Below, piece after piece: positions 36,518 to 49,600 of a stretch of DNA of 64,000 nt (the stretch's first letter is position 1; each line of letters begins with the position of its first letter). Source of the stretch: Pocillopora damicornis (lineage: Eukaryota); assembly GCF_003704095.1 (NCBI RefSeq), contig NW_020847472.1, positions 248,001-312,000 of the forward strand, written 5' to 3'. A program made the position numbers and the translations under genes. The notes below the pieces were generated by a model that was not told the origin of the DNA, did not search any database, and worked only from the letters and a program-made list of their open reading frames with translations.

Positions 36518-39500
36518 CTATGCCCTTTTCCTGGTTAGTTTTGCTGTCATTGGTATCGATTTTGCCATTTTTGGCTCAGGTTTTGCCGCTTTTGGCATCG
36601 GATTTGCCGCTTTTCGCATTAGTTTTACCGCTTTTGGCATCGGTTTTGCTGCTTTTGGCATCGGTTTTGCCGTTTTTGGCATAGCTTTTGCCGCTTTTGG
36701 CATCTGTTTTGCTACTTTTGGCACCGGTTTTGCCGCTTTTGGCATTGGTTTTGCCGCTTTTGGCGTTATTTGTGCCGTCTTTGGAGTTGGTTTTGCCCCC
36801 TTTGCTAATTTAGGCTTTTCAGTTTTTACCCACATTCCTGTCTTACTGTGGTAATAATGGTAAATCTTTGGACAGCGTGTGCGCTCTATTTCCAAGCCAC
36901 TCTTGACTGCGCCGTCAATTAGATCCCAGTCCTCGCCTCCCCATGTGACCTTTGTCTCAAAATCCTTGGAGAATCCTCCAAATTTGTCCCAGTCTTCCTT
37001 GTACACTGCCACAGTTCCATAGCTGTAGTGGTACCATCGCCCTCTGGGAACAGCACTGGTTCCGTCACAGTAAAGATAGACTATCTGAGGAGCGTGCAAC
37101 ATTTTCCCTTTGATACAATGCTGAAATGACAAAGTAACAGGATAACTAAACTTTTAACAGACGATTTATGTTACAGTTTATCGACTTTGGCGCACGCACG
37201 TTAATTTCCGATGACTAGTATTTTCAACAGGCAATAGTCCTGACATAAATGCATAGGAAAAACGCAAGAACCGACTGATTTCGCCGGGGCCAGGATGCTA
37301 CTGAAGTGCAAAGCACTATTGTTGACTCCTGTGCATGTTTTAGAAATGACACATACTTTGAAATTAATAAACGAATCTCCGAGCGAGTAGTTAATTGCAA
37401 ATAAACCTGCACGCAGGCTTTCATTGGTGGAGCGACAAAAGTTGCGAAGCCCGCGCTTCTCAAGCGAGCGGGGGTTTTGTAAGGGGGCACCGATGGTTCT
37501 AGTTCGAAAATGATCCCTCAAAGACATCCCTAGGGAGTTTCCTNNNNNNNNNNNNNNNNNNNNNNNNNNNNNNNNNNNNNNNNNNNNNNNNNNNNNNNNN
37601 NNNNNNNNNNNNNNNNNNNNNNNNNNNNNNNNNNNNNNNNNNNNNNNNNNNNNNNNNNNNNNNNNNNNNNNNNNNNNNNNNNNNNNNNNNNNNNNNNNNN
37701 NNNNNNNNNNNNNNNNNNNNNNNNNNNNNNNNNNNNNNNNNNNNNNNNNNNNNNNNNNNNNNNNNNNNNNNNTTACCTTGCGAATTTCATTGATAAGTTG
37801 ACTCCCAAGATCCAGATGCATGTCAATGGTTACAATAATGGCGTTTGGGTCCTTTATCGATTGCACAGCTCTACCAAAAGAAAGAGTCCGCGAATAGTTC
37901 CCAGGTTGCACAATTAAGTGATAGTTTATCAGAGAACTTTTTCTCAAAGCCTGTTCTAAATCAATATCTGGGCTACCGAAGTCAAATATAACCACGTGTA
38001 AATGTTCATCTTTTGTTTCCTTTACGATTTGCTCCACGTTCTTGATGAAATGGTGAACCCATCGACCCAGGTTCTTTGCAGTGAGAATTAAGTAAACATC
38101 CGCTGTCCTGTCCCACTGCAGGCCGCTTGGATAACACAAAGGTCCCGATAGAACCTTTGGCTGGAATACATATTCTGCCAAGATGTAGTTGGCGCCATTT
38201 GGAAGATATTTGACCACAAGCTCAAGGAGATATCTGTCTCCTTTTAGCGGATCTCCTTTCTTTTCGACGCGCCTGACTGACAAGAGTTCGTATGTTCTGA
38301 GGAAACACAAAAGAAGTTCAGATCTTTTGACATGCTTGTAGACTGCGAGCAGCCCCTCCTTTTTTAGGCGAATCCCGTCGCGCAAGTACTTTTTCCCGCA
38401 CGTCACTCTCAGAGTTCCGCGCGGCACGCTATTATCATTTTGTCTTCTAGGGGGTGATTTCTTTTACTCGCCTTAACGGACTTCGCCGAGAAGAAGGGAC
38501 TACTCCTTGTCTAACGCGCTGGAGGTCTGAAGAAAGCAACACTAACTGCTTCACAGGGTGACCAGGCCATTTCCAGACCAAAGTCCCGAAATTTACTCCT
38601 GCTGTGATTTCCATTTCTAATAAGCAGTCACCTCCGTTTAGCGGTTGTAATCACCCTTAACTTAGTCCGAACAGCCTGTTTGTATCGTTCTCCACCTGTA
38701 TAGAACGGTCACTTGCAGCGAAACCACTTAAATAAAGCTAAGAGTAACATTTCAAACAAAACTTAATCCGGCCATCTTTATCTCTCAAAACCAATATTAG
38801 GAGTATTTTTCAGTATTTTAGAGCGAGGTTTTGTAAATCAACTGGTCAATAATGGAAAAACATCGCGTCTTTACCGCTTTTATAATACTCTTATTCTTTA
38901 GAACCTGTATCAAGCGGTCAACCTGTGTTGAGCGGTTACCCCGTCATTCCCCACGGATAACCGCTTAAAACAGGTTCGACCGTGAAGCGGAAAAGATGCA
39001 ACCTTTGACCTTCGCTTGGCGTTGACTGGAAAATTATAGAGAGGATTCTCTTCAGGGTCACAGTTTCAGTAGTTCTAACAACATCACTCCTTTCGAGACC
39101 AAAGATAGTGTCCTTCTAATAATATAGTGCCCCGCATAGAAAAGTCCCAAATAAAGGATTTTACACTGTTTGACATTCCTTACCTAGGGTACATCCTCTT
39201 CAAAGCGTTGAAGTAATTTGTCACCACAGTCAATGCCTCCTTTTCATTCAAAGGGTATCCAGCTATGAAAGCTTTATTCGCAGTTTTCGATTTGATCACT
39301 CCGTTCAAGCTTTGAAATGGATACGTGTAAGTTTTTTGAACATACCTGCGCACACCGCGATAATGTTTAAAGTCGCGGGGTAAATTAGCCGGATCAAGAA
39401 GATAACTGGGTTTATAATCACAGATAGGAAGCGCCTCGTCCACGGCAGTTTTCTCTAAGTAAGGCAGTGCTTCAGGCCTCAAGTGCATGTTCGCAAATGT

Positions 39501-40295
39501 CGTCCGAGACTGCGCACAAGTGGGAGCTTTTGGTAACTCATCGTCGAGAATTTTCAATTTCGCCTTATCTATGTCCTTTGTATACAGTAAGAAGAACTTG
39601 TTATCGATGATCTCAAATCTACGACTATCTGGTCTTTTCCAAGCGACCTGAATTAAATGTTTGCTTCTCGTTGCATTACTCTGCGACTGAATGTAAATGA
39701 GTTCAAAATAGTATCTTCGTTTGGCGGCTAATTTCACGCTATCCGAAATCTGAGACTTTATACCCTCAAAGGACATCTTCTTCAATGGCGAACTTTGGGA
39801 CCGGATGTAAGCAATTCTTTGAGCGCCTGTCCAGTTGGCATTAGGACTTAGCCAAACCTCTGCCAAGCCATTTGAAGTTAATAAAAATTGATGTTCTCCA
39901 GAGGCATTCGGTCGAATGTAACCCAGCAATCTAATGACTCGATCGAGTCTTCCACGCTCTGAGATAATGTTGACATTTGGAATGTACTCTCTTGCATCCG
40001 GAGCCTTTGGAAAAATTGGGTAATTGCAGATTTGTTCGAGGCTGCTCTGGCAAAACTTTTCCCAAGAGTGTCTATTCAACCCGTGAAGAGTAACCTCGGA
40101 CTTGATGTCTACATCCAGTTCTATGTTGTAGATGTCTGGATTAGATATCAACAACTTGTCGCTTGTCCCAAGGATAAGCGTTGCGTTCGAGGAGATTTCC
40201 TGACGATTCAACAGATAAATCACAACTAATATGACCCAAAGACCGACTGTAGAAACGCCAAAATAAAATGCTTTCACTAAAATGACACGATTCAT
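36518..40295 (-). CDS. B4GALNT3/4-like paralog C, about 744 aa, with a 103-aa Lys/Ala/Pro/Met repeat tail. Exons 40295-39184, 38296-37777, 37120-36518
   Basis: Exon 1 is 1112 nt as in paralog A, and exon 2 is 520 nt. TM segment, PA14 region, DMH and WGGED motifs. The last exon reads past the position where A and B stop. Intron 2 contains an assembly gap. Confidence 0.9.
36530..36802 (-). repeat. Coding minisatellite, 13 imperfect 21-bp units (consensus peptide KAAKPMP)
   Basis: Plus-strand unit ttttgccgcttttggcatcgg repeated without frameshift. Confidence 0.93.
37544..37772. other. Assembly gap (N run)
   Basis: Run of N. Confidence 1.
38618..38985. mobile_element. Tc1/mariner-type MITE remnant in intron 1 of paralog C
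   Basis: Iterated aagcggtca(c)c motifs, with the inverted end accgcttaaaacaggttcgaccgt matching aacctgtatcaagcggt. Confidence 0.5.
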
Positions 40296-41821
40296 GGTCA
40301 GAGTAGAAAAATAGTGGTTTTTCCTCCAAAAAAGCGCGTTCCAATCTAACCTAGTTCTCGAAGCGACATAATGTATTCACCGGCAGTCTTATCTGGTGTA
40401 GGGTTGCATATACGGCGAATAATTTCCGGAACGACAACAATGTTTCACACATTTATTAACTCGGAACAGCCTAACCCCACAGAGATGCCCTCCCTATAGC
40501 CGAAGATTCACGACGAAATCTCGAAGGCCGAATATTGTCGCGTTACTGTTTATGTATCGGCAGTCCATCAGACTGTTAGCCGAAGGGCATGATAACATAC
40601 CCAGCGTCTCCAGTGCGTCATTTGGTTCCCAAAACACGACGTCGGATTGGGGACCAGACCTAAAGTGGGTGCGTTTTTAACACCATCACTCGATTGGCAT
40701 CAGTAAAATAGCACTATCTGTTTTTGGTTAAGCTCATTTCCGCTGCTCTATCTGAACTCCGATCTTGATAAGTATGGTCTCAAAAAGTCTGCTTTAGACG
40801 ATAATTTTGCTGCAAGAAGTTGCTCTCACAAGAATGTTCTACATTAAATAATTTGGATTTTTTCTCAAGTTGTTTGATTGCTCTTGTGGTATGCACTTAA
40901 GTTCTATAAGATTAAAAAAAGGCAAACATATTACAGAATATTCGAACTATTGTGTAAACCAAGTGACAACTTGGAGAGGAGCATCTATTCTGTCTGTTGA
41001 TGCCTTTGTTATTAAAGCGATTACGAACCAATCAATTTTCCTATATGACAGATCCATCATCCTGAAGAAGCTTTAAGTAGATTTCACAAATCATACACTT
41101 AATGGAAACGTTATGAACCCGAAAAGGTTACTTAATCTTTAATTAAAGGTAATAAAAGAGTAATATCTTGTTATGAAACGTTCATGACGTTTAGAATTGT
41201 TTCGATGACAGACACGAACGAATAAACAACCATGCAAAACATGCGGATTGAAAGATTCATCCATTCAGAGTGGAAACGTCCGGTTGTTTTGTTCTATTGA
41301 GTCCCTTTCTTTAAGAGCACTGGGGAGGCAGAGGTAAACAAATAAAAGGGCCATTTTGAAAGCGCCTCTCTACCGTAAAAAATTTATCCAAGAGGTTTAA
41401 AAATATCTCATGTAACGTACAGTTGTACATTAATTTGCACGTTAACAAACCAGAGTAGAGCTCCTTAACAAAAGTCACTGATCGTCAACTCATTAGCACT
41501 TGTAACTTATTGGACGGACTAATTAGCCAATTGCGGACACCGCATATTTTGTAGGTGAGGTAGCGGAAGGCATAATGCTCACTGACGGGTAGATTTGTAC
41601 ATTGTCGTGAAGTCGTACCCATTGTCGGTAACATTTAAGCCGTATTGGCCTCTGGAATTAGCTGCTTATTGATGCCAAGGAGTATTTTTAGCCGCGCCAA
41701 GTCTGATCGGATTTAATTCCCCCGGCTTGTGCAGCCGATGTGATTAGAGCGATATACTTGTTTACATAGGATAACGCAAAGCATACACAGTAGGGTTTAT
41801 TAATATCGGAACTCACTCAAC

Positions 41822-42259
41822 ATGCAGCGTAAATTAAGTTTGCCTTATGAAAGGTTGACAATGTTTCGCCAACGGGCTCTCACGGACATTGTTGAACACT
41901 CTGACGAGGAAGGAAAAGATTCTGCCAGCGAAGAAGACACGCAGAAAACTGTTAATAGAGGTGACGCCAACAAAGGCGAACAGAAAACACAAGCAAACTT
42001 TCCGTTGATGCACCAAGTGGTAATGGAGGGAAACTCAGAACTGCTAAAAGAACTAATTAAAAATGGCGCAGATATAAATGTTTTGGACGAGAATGGCTGG
42101 CCTCCTATGCACACAGCGATTCGATCTGGCAATACTGAATGTGCAGCCATTCTTATCAAGGAAGGAGCTGGCGAGTTTTATTACAATAAACAGAAACAGG
42201 ACTATCTTAGAAGACTAGAACGTTGTCAAAAGGGGCGCAAGATTTCGTACTGGAGGTGA
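41822..42259 (+). CDS. Small ankyrin-repeat protein, 145 aa, paralog of 23484-23942
   Basis: FPLMHQVVMEGNSELLKELIKNGADINVLDENGWPPMHTAIRSGNTECAAILIKEGA. Shares N-terminal RKLS and C-terminal FY..KQ...Y..RL with the 23484 protein. Start context caacATG. Confidence 0.88.
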   Translation: MQRKLSLPYERLTMFRQRALTDIVEHSDEEGKDSASEEDTQKTVNRGDANKGEQKTQANFPLMHQVVMEGNSELLKELIKNGADINVLDENGWPPMHTAIRSGNTECAAILIKEGAGEFYYNKQKQDYLRRLERCQKGRKISYWR

Positions 42260-43627
42260 GGTTAACTGCATCGTACATCCGGCTTAAAATTTCTCAGATG
42301 AAAACATTGCAATGTAATCGATCGATGCCATTTTATTGTCGATCACAGAAATGTTTATAAGTTCTACTGTATGTACGTGACCTGGAGAGTTCTGTAATCT
42401 TTTAAATAACTATTCAACCAACGCGTGTGGCAAATTGTGCCTTTGTGTACGAAGCTACAGACCATTTTAAACAGCCAAAAGGATTCATTTATAAACAGGC
42501 AGCAATATGCCTGCCACTCGCTCCATAGCAAGACGTCTCGAGAACTGTTAAAAAAATAATTCAGACACGTTTTCTCGTGGCACGTGGCGTCATTCTCTAA
42601 TTTGGGTGCCAGAGATGACGATCAAAGTCGGTTTCGTTCTGCTCAAAAGTTACTTCAACTTGTTAAACCCTTCCCTGTGACACTGAAACATGTTTTGTTG
42701 CTTCAAAAACCTTTTTAATTGAGTGTCCTCGAGCTGATCTCTGCTTAGCAGTACTTTTCCAAAATGCCATAATATTTCTGGAACAATCAGGACTGTGCTG
42801 TTCCATAAAATTCTCTAAACTAATAAGAAAAACAATAGAAAACAGTTTGTTTTTGCCTCAAGGCCTTAACGACGATGTACACAGGTCCTGAAAACGGACT
42901 GATGAATATCTATGCCGATTCCTATAAATAGTAAAGTAAAACTGTCATATTAGATTGTACAGAGCTGCGTTGTATAAAGCTAAAGGCGTTGACAGGGATT
43001 TTGTGTGAATATTTAATCTCTAATTCTGCGATGAACTCCTTAATCCCGCTATGATTTTGGCCCTAATCCTTCGTGATTAAAATATTTTGCATGACAAAGA
43101 CATAAATGTACAAAGGCAGTTTTGATTGTCTTGTCAAGTTGTTTGTTGACCGAGCTAAATTCATCACGTGTTTTGCTTCAGAAACACAATCCATTGGGAA
43201 TTAACCAAAAATACACTTGTTGTTCCAGTATCAAACTATTGCTCTCGGCAGATGGATCCTACCTCGCCGTCTGTTCTGACATCAACGGCGCGTAATATCC
43301 TCGTAACATCTCAGTCGTTTGGCCAATATTATTCAAATTTCCTGAGGTAATATTGATTCAGAGTTACATCCGGTCGATTGTTAACTCAGCCCTTGTTATT
43401 GCTCTCTGTTTTATGTCCTTAAATAAAACAGGATTTCATGAATCACAACTGAACTTAAACTTCATATTGCCACCCTTTCAACCCCTTAAATCTACACCTT
43501 CATCGAGCATGATCGACATCGAAATGTTTCCAAAATTTCTCGCGTGTTGCGAGTTACGATGTGTGACGGCCACGCGAGGATCGAGATGTGTAGTACAGAA
43601 GAAACCCGCTAACTCGTACCAGGTTAA

Positions 43628-45069
43628 GGTTACTTCCCACCTTCGCGGGTGTCCCTAAGGGAAAAATTCGAACGCGCACTAGTTTCACTAAAATCTTACA
43701 TCAGAAGAAAGGTTAATAACTGTAATTTACAATAAAAATATAATTAAAGCGACTTTTCTTTAACGAAGTATGAGGAGCCGGCAAGGCAGGAAACGACCGA
43801 AGGTTATTCTTTTGAATTTATTGGGTATTGGATGCCGCAGCACGAGCAAAATGGCTGCACAGTCTTACTCCCAAGGCATCAATCGCAAAAATGATGTCAG
43901 GCTTTTTTGATATTCTGATAGCTTGTCTAGATATCGGCATCTAAAGTTGGAGTAGCTAAAGATATGCGAGGCGCGTTGCGTAAATGAACACCGCGGGACA
44001 AATATTTCAAATATCAAAATTTCCCGACATAATTTCGTTTGTCATTATTCCTGGAATGTTTGGCGAAGTTTAAAGAAAATCGGTCAAATCTATAAATCCT
44101 ATAAATTTGCTCAAAGTGGTTGTATTCCTCCCAAAATCAATCGAGATTTTAGCTCATAAAGGTTCGCAAACAACTCGCGCCACGCCTCGAGATAATCTCG
44201 CCTCCTGAAACCGCAAACCAACGGGACAACGGGACCTCCTGGCGTCAATGACGATGGATCAAAAATTTCCCGGGAAAGAAACCCATTGCAGAAACGTTTT
44301 TATATCGCGGTCGCTCAGAGGAGCGTTGAGGAGGACGACACAATATTGAGCAAGGTTGCCAAAGCCGAAGGCAAAACCCGCGGGAAAAAAATGGAAAAAC
44401 CGCAAAATGTGCTGAGGAGCAAGACAACGAATCGACAGACAGCTTTCAAAATTACGACTCGAGGCGATTGTCAATGTTTATGTATCAAGGCTGGTACTTG
44501 TATGAAGAAAAGAAAACCTCATTTTTAACATTATTTATGGCAAATTTTGGCCAGCGACTTCTTCGGTCGAAATCTTGACGCCAGCGTGGAGCTCCGCCAG
44601 TACCAGTCGCTTTCACAAAGGAATTTTTTTCATTTCTTGACAGAATGGTACTCTTTCTTTCTTCTTTAGGCCTGTTTTTTTTTCTCTTTATATCATTTTT
44701 TTATTCATACAAAGGACTTTCTCCCGCTCTTTATTTTTCCACGAGCAACGATTTATCCATAAGCAAACAGCTTCCACGTGTTTGTATATTGCGCGATGTA
44801 AACAAAATATGGAAATAACATGACAATCGAGCCTCAACATGAGCGGTTGCAGCGAAAATTCCCTCAGGGGATTCGCCCGGGTCTGAGATTATGACGCCTT
44901 CCTGATTTATTAACTTTTATTTGAAAATATTTATTTCTAAATAACTCAGTTGCTTTTAAAGATTTCAGAAAATTTTTCCTTTATGGAAACGTTAGGTTGA
45001 ATGTTTGAAATCAGTGTAGTCAAATAAAACAAAAATCGTTTTTTCGGCCTCTGAAGGTGGGAAGGAACC
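43628..45069. mobile_element. Non-autonomous DNA transposon of about 1.44 kb with TTAA target duplication and GG..CC termini (Kolobok-like)
   Basis: Left TIR ggttacttcccaccttc (43628-43644) matches right TIR gaaggtgggaaggaacc (45053-45069) at 16/17 positions. TTAA at 43624-43627 and 45070-45073. No transposase ORF. Confidence 0.8.
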
Positions 45070-46627
45070 TTAACTCGAACTTTCGAACTCCCCGCTAACT
45101 CGAACAAGATCGGATTTGTCTTGGATTTGTCCGTATCATTTTTCCACTCATTTACTATCAGCTCACTCGAACACAGTCAACTGGACCTAATTTTACTTTC
45201 TCTTCAGTCACGTTTACCCTGATAACTCGAGCTTTAATGAAGTAAAAACATCGGTCGATAAACGTCAATGCCAAAATGAGACTTTAAGTCTCCGGAACTG
45301 AGATTGAACCGCGCAAAGAAAACGTGCGTGTTAAAAACAAATTATTGTTATTAAAATGATCAAATTTTACTTTTGTAAATTTTTTGAGTTATATACTCCT
45401 AATTACTATTTTATTTAGTAATCCATTTTTCAAGTTAAAAGATTGATTAGATTTTTGACAGCAGCGGGCACAAATGAATGGTTTCACTGCGTTATTTTAA
45501 CTGATTAAGATATTGTTTTGCGATAGTTATTAAATGATTCAGTGATAAAGTGTTCATCTTTCTCGTCCATTTTCCATTTGTCTCCGACGCAAAGCAAGGC
45601 TAAAAATTCATACGAGACGAAAAAAGTACTGCGCTAATAAAATACTTCCCTGCAACTTGACACAAATAATTCTCAGATTCGCAGACGTAGTTCAATTCAA
45701 CGAACTCTCGTTTCGACTTAGCTTCCGTCGTAATGTTTATTGAGGCACGGTGTCTTTACCACGCATGACAAACGAATGACACTGACTACGTCCCTCAAAA
45801 CTAGTCTTATCTATGGACATCTCTTACATGCAAGACTGTGTTGACTCTAATAACCACGGAAGGAACATATTAATTTAATGTAGTACTTTTTATTTTCAGC
45901 TTACACTTTCATCAGCAATATTATTGGTAGCAACTTCTAACATTCATGGCACAATCAAGCATGGTCTTATCTCAGTTAAAATCAAATAACTTCAAGCGGG
46001 GGAAGAACACCGCCATATTTACCTACAGGAAAGTATAAGTAAAGAATTGATCATGAAAGATACTTATTCTGACTACTTATCGACCTTGGAACACAAACAT
46101 AGTTGACCAGCACTTCGAAAGAAAAAAAGAAAAGGTAAGTACCCATAAGAAACTTGTTAACTTAAAATAGCAAGGATAATACTAAGTGTACCTTGAATTT
46201 AGCTACGGTCTGCTGACTGTACCTTGTAAGACGTTGTCTTTCGGTTTCGTTGTTCATACCTTTTCTCGAATAAAATCGAAAATCCGAAAGAGTTGTCAGC
46301 AAGGTACTAACAGAAAGCTGAGTATCAAATAAACGTTTAGTCAATGAATCTAAACATTCCCTTATTCAGTTAAAAGTGTTAAAACTTACATTCTTTGATA
46401 GTTCTCTTATTTTACGCTTATTCTTATTTTTAAAACTGATAGATATAAAATCAAGTGAAAGACTCAAATGTTACAAAGTAACACAGAAAATGTTTTCTTT
46501 GGTAGTTCTTCCATTGAACAAGCCGAATAAATTGTAGTTTTAAAAGATTGGCACGATAAATTATTAAGTTGTTTCATGGTTGAATATTGTAACGTTTCCT
46601 ACATTTGTCATTTCCTTCGCTATTAAG

Positions 46628-49600
46628 ATGGTTCAACATCCTCTGATTGTTGTGATGCTTCTCTTTACCCTGAGTGCATGTCATTCAGGTAAGAAAGTGA
46701 AAATTTTCTTTCTAACCTTGTTTATAACTATTTGCTTCTCAATCAACTTGCAATTGGTATTTGTCCCTTTCTTGAACTTAACCAGTTGGCAACAGTTATG
46801 GATACAACTTTCTAATGAAGCATTTTTCGACAGAGTGTCTTAAAACCAAAACAAAAGTTACCCTGACGGCCAATCAGAACAAACGGAATATCACAAGAAG
46901 CCACTAAGAACTCAAAGCAAAAACACGAAAACGACCTGAATAGCGAGAAAACGCAAATAATCGAGTCACGATTGGTTCACGATCAGTTACCCTTGAATAT
47001 GAACAGCTGATAGAGTGGCCCGAGTTTCCTGCGCCAATCTGGTGTATGATTAGCGTGCAAAAGTACTAAGCAAAATCAATGCACTTCAGGATTACTTTCA
47101 ACGCTCAATTGAGAATTGCTCTTACAGCTTTCTTCAATCATGATTATGTATTTCACTTTACCTTTTTCTCCGGGCGCGGCAATGTGTAGCGTCTGATCTT
47201 TGCCAGGACTCAAAAGACTGTCAGGCTTCCTTTAAACCACTGGGATGCTTCAAAGACAAAAGCCACGAACGAGCTCTACCTCATTACATCTATAATGAAC
47301 GCGACGACTCCATAGCCAATTATGGCGGGCAAATGATCGACTGGAATGACTGGGAAAACTATCTGCCAGGGTTCGTCTGCCGCTGTGCCAAGAAAGCAAA
47401 AGATCTGGGTTATGACTTGTTTGGAGTGCAGTTCTTTGGTAAGTGTTATTCATATAGACATCCATCTCGAGTAACCCGTTTGAAGTTACCAACAAATTGG
47501 AATAGCAAAGAGAACTGGACAGAGGTGATGTCGAAACCAATCTTTGATATTTGATTGAAGGGTGAAGAAGTTGCAGGATCGTAAACTGTTCCGAACGTGT
47601 GTGCATTTTTCAGCCATAACCTTGATTAGAGTGACATTTTGTCATAACATACTCGAACCTCTTAAGCTTAAGAAAAGTTTTCAAGCGATCAGCCGGAAAC
47701 AGGAAGCATATGTGGACACGCGCGACGTTGTCCAACGTAATCACCTGAGGGAGCAGTCATTTTTTTGGGGGGGGAGGGGAGGGGGAGGTCAATTGGTTCT
47801 AAGGGGGAACGGAAGGGAATTAACTGTCAATGAGGGGGGGAGGAGGGGTATATGTATTTTACAGAATTTTATCGTGACACAACCAAAATTCTCCCAACCC
47901 CCTCCCCCAAGCGATAAAAGTTGCCCGGTCCCGAAGCTCAAAATGATTACGCCGTATTAGACATAAAAAAAAGCCAGGTACTATTGCATGAGAGATAACT
48001 ATGCATCAGCGATCAAGGCAACGATCGACAGTAGACTAAATCTGTAGCTAATACTTGGAACTATAACGATGTGAGTGCACGATTCCCTGGCAGAAATCGT
48101 TAAAGAGTCATTGCATCAGTTTATTCAGCTGGGTAGGTTGATGGGCTCCGTCTCGATATCAATATCTAACTGAGGTATGGTACATTCTCTGCTAATAGGT
48201 GAATGTTACGCTGGAAGCAGCTCGTCGGATAAATATGACAGTTATGGCCCAGGACGGTGCAAAGATTGCGTTGGGACGGACATGAACGACTGCAATGGGA
48301 GAAAGTTTTGTGCAGGGAAGGAATGGCGTAACATGGTGTACAAGATTGTCGGTAGGCATCAATCATACAGGGTACAGTAGAATAGTGTGAGACTATTAAG
48401 AGACGAAGCACGTCTGAAAGTTTAGTTGTACCGGATACAGTTTAATGAAGTTGACTGAGCGCTGATTGGTGGAGAATAGTTAGAGGAGTGGAATGCCGGA
48501 TTGGGATGTACTGGAATGGGGATTGGGGACCAGTGCAAATAAGTCCATTCATACGCCATAGAGCACTCTGAGTGTAGTTTCTAAAATGGAGTAGATTTGA
48601 CAGTCAGTAGTGTCACGTGCGCGTAAATCAATACAGAGGAAGAATAAGGCATTGAAGGATATAATAGGAAAAGTAAATTTAGGTGTAGTAGACTGTTAGA
48701 GTGGAATTGAATCGACTGCAGTGGGTTAGATTGCATCGAAGTGAATTGGGTAAGTGCGAGTAAAGGGGAATGAGTTGTTGCGTTCAGAGCGAAAAGTGAA
48801 AAGGAATCAATCAGTCGCAGAGTATTGCTTTGTTGTACAGTGCAGTAGGTATGGTAAGAGTGGAGAGTTCGTGTTGAGTAGAGTAAAGAGGAGTAGAACG
48901 GAACAGAAGGGAAAGGAATCCAAGGATTTTTTTTCTGTGAGGTGCTTTACAATGAGAAGGACTCCAACTTGAGGCATTGCAATGCAGAGCAGTAAACGAG
49001 GAAAGTAGATTCTGGTAAAATTGATGACTTGGGTCTAAGTGTGATGCAGCCCAGTATGGGGAATTGCAACATGTGGCATTGCAATACAGCGCAGCGAACG
49101 AGGTAGATTTTATTTCGGATATAATGGATTCAGTTTTTTGAGCGGTGAATCCGCTTTACGCTCAAAATGGCGTGAGATTCAGGCGACGCGGCTTTCATTT
49201 CAAAGGTGTATAGTTTTAGGTACTCTTGTACATTGTTGCACGGGTACTTAACAAACCAATTGTTAAACCATTTATTCAGATTTATGCAGTGTCCGCTTTG
49301 AGCGAATCGGCTGCTTTCATGATAACAAAGAAGCTCCACGCCTCCTGCCATCGTACTTGTTAAATGACAGAGATGAGAATTTGCCCAACTTCAGCGGTCA
49401 GCTGATTGACTGGGAAAACTGGTACGAGTATCTTCCTGATCTTGTTTGCCGCTGCGCAGAGAAGGCGAAGGAAAAAGGCTGGAAACTGTTTGGAATTCAG
49501 TTTTGGGGTGAGATAATTATTCAACCTGTTTATCCAGTTGTCGAGGGCATTGGGACTAAGGCCCTTGTGTAACTCAGCTACAAAGAAAATACTGGTAAAG

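Noticed and set aside
36513-36854. 113-aa hydrophobic (FGIGFAA)n ORF on the plus strand with a good ATG context
   Set aside because: Most simply the antisense reading of the KAAKPMP minisatellite, with no independent support. Stranded RNA-seq would settle it.
44245-44528. ORFs inside the TTAA-flanked element as a possible transposase
   Set aside because: Short, with no DDE or zinc-finger motifs.
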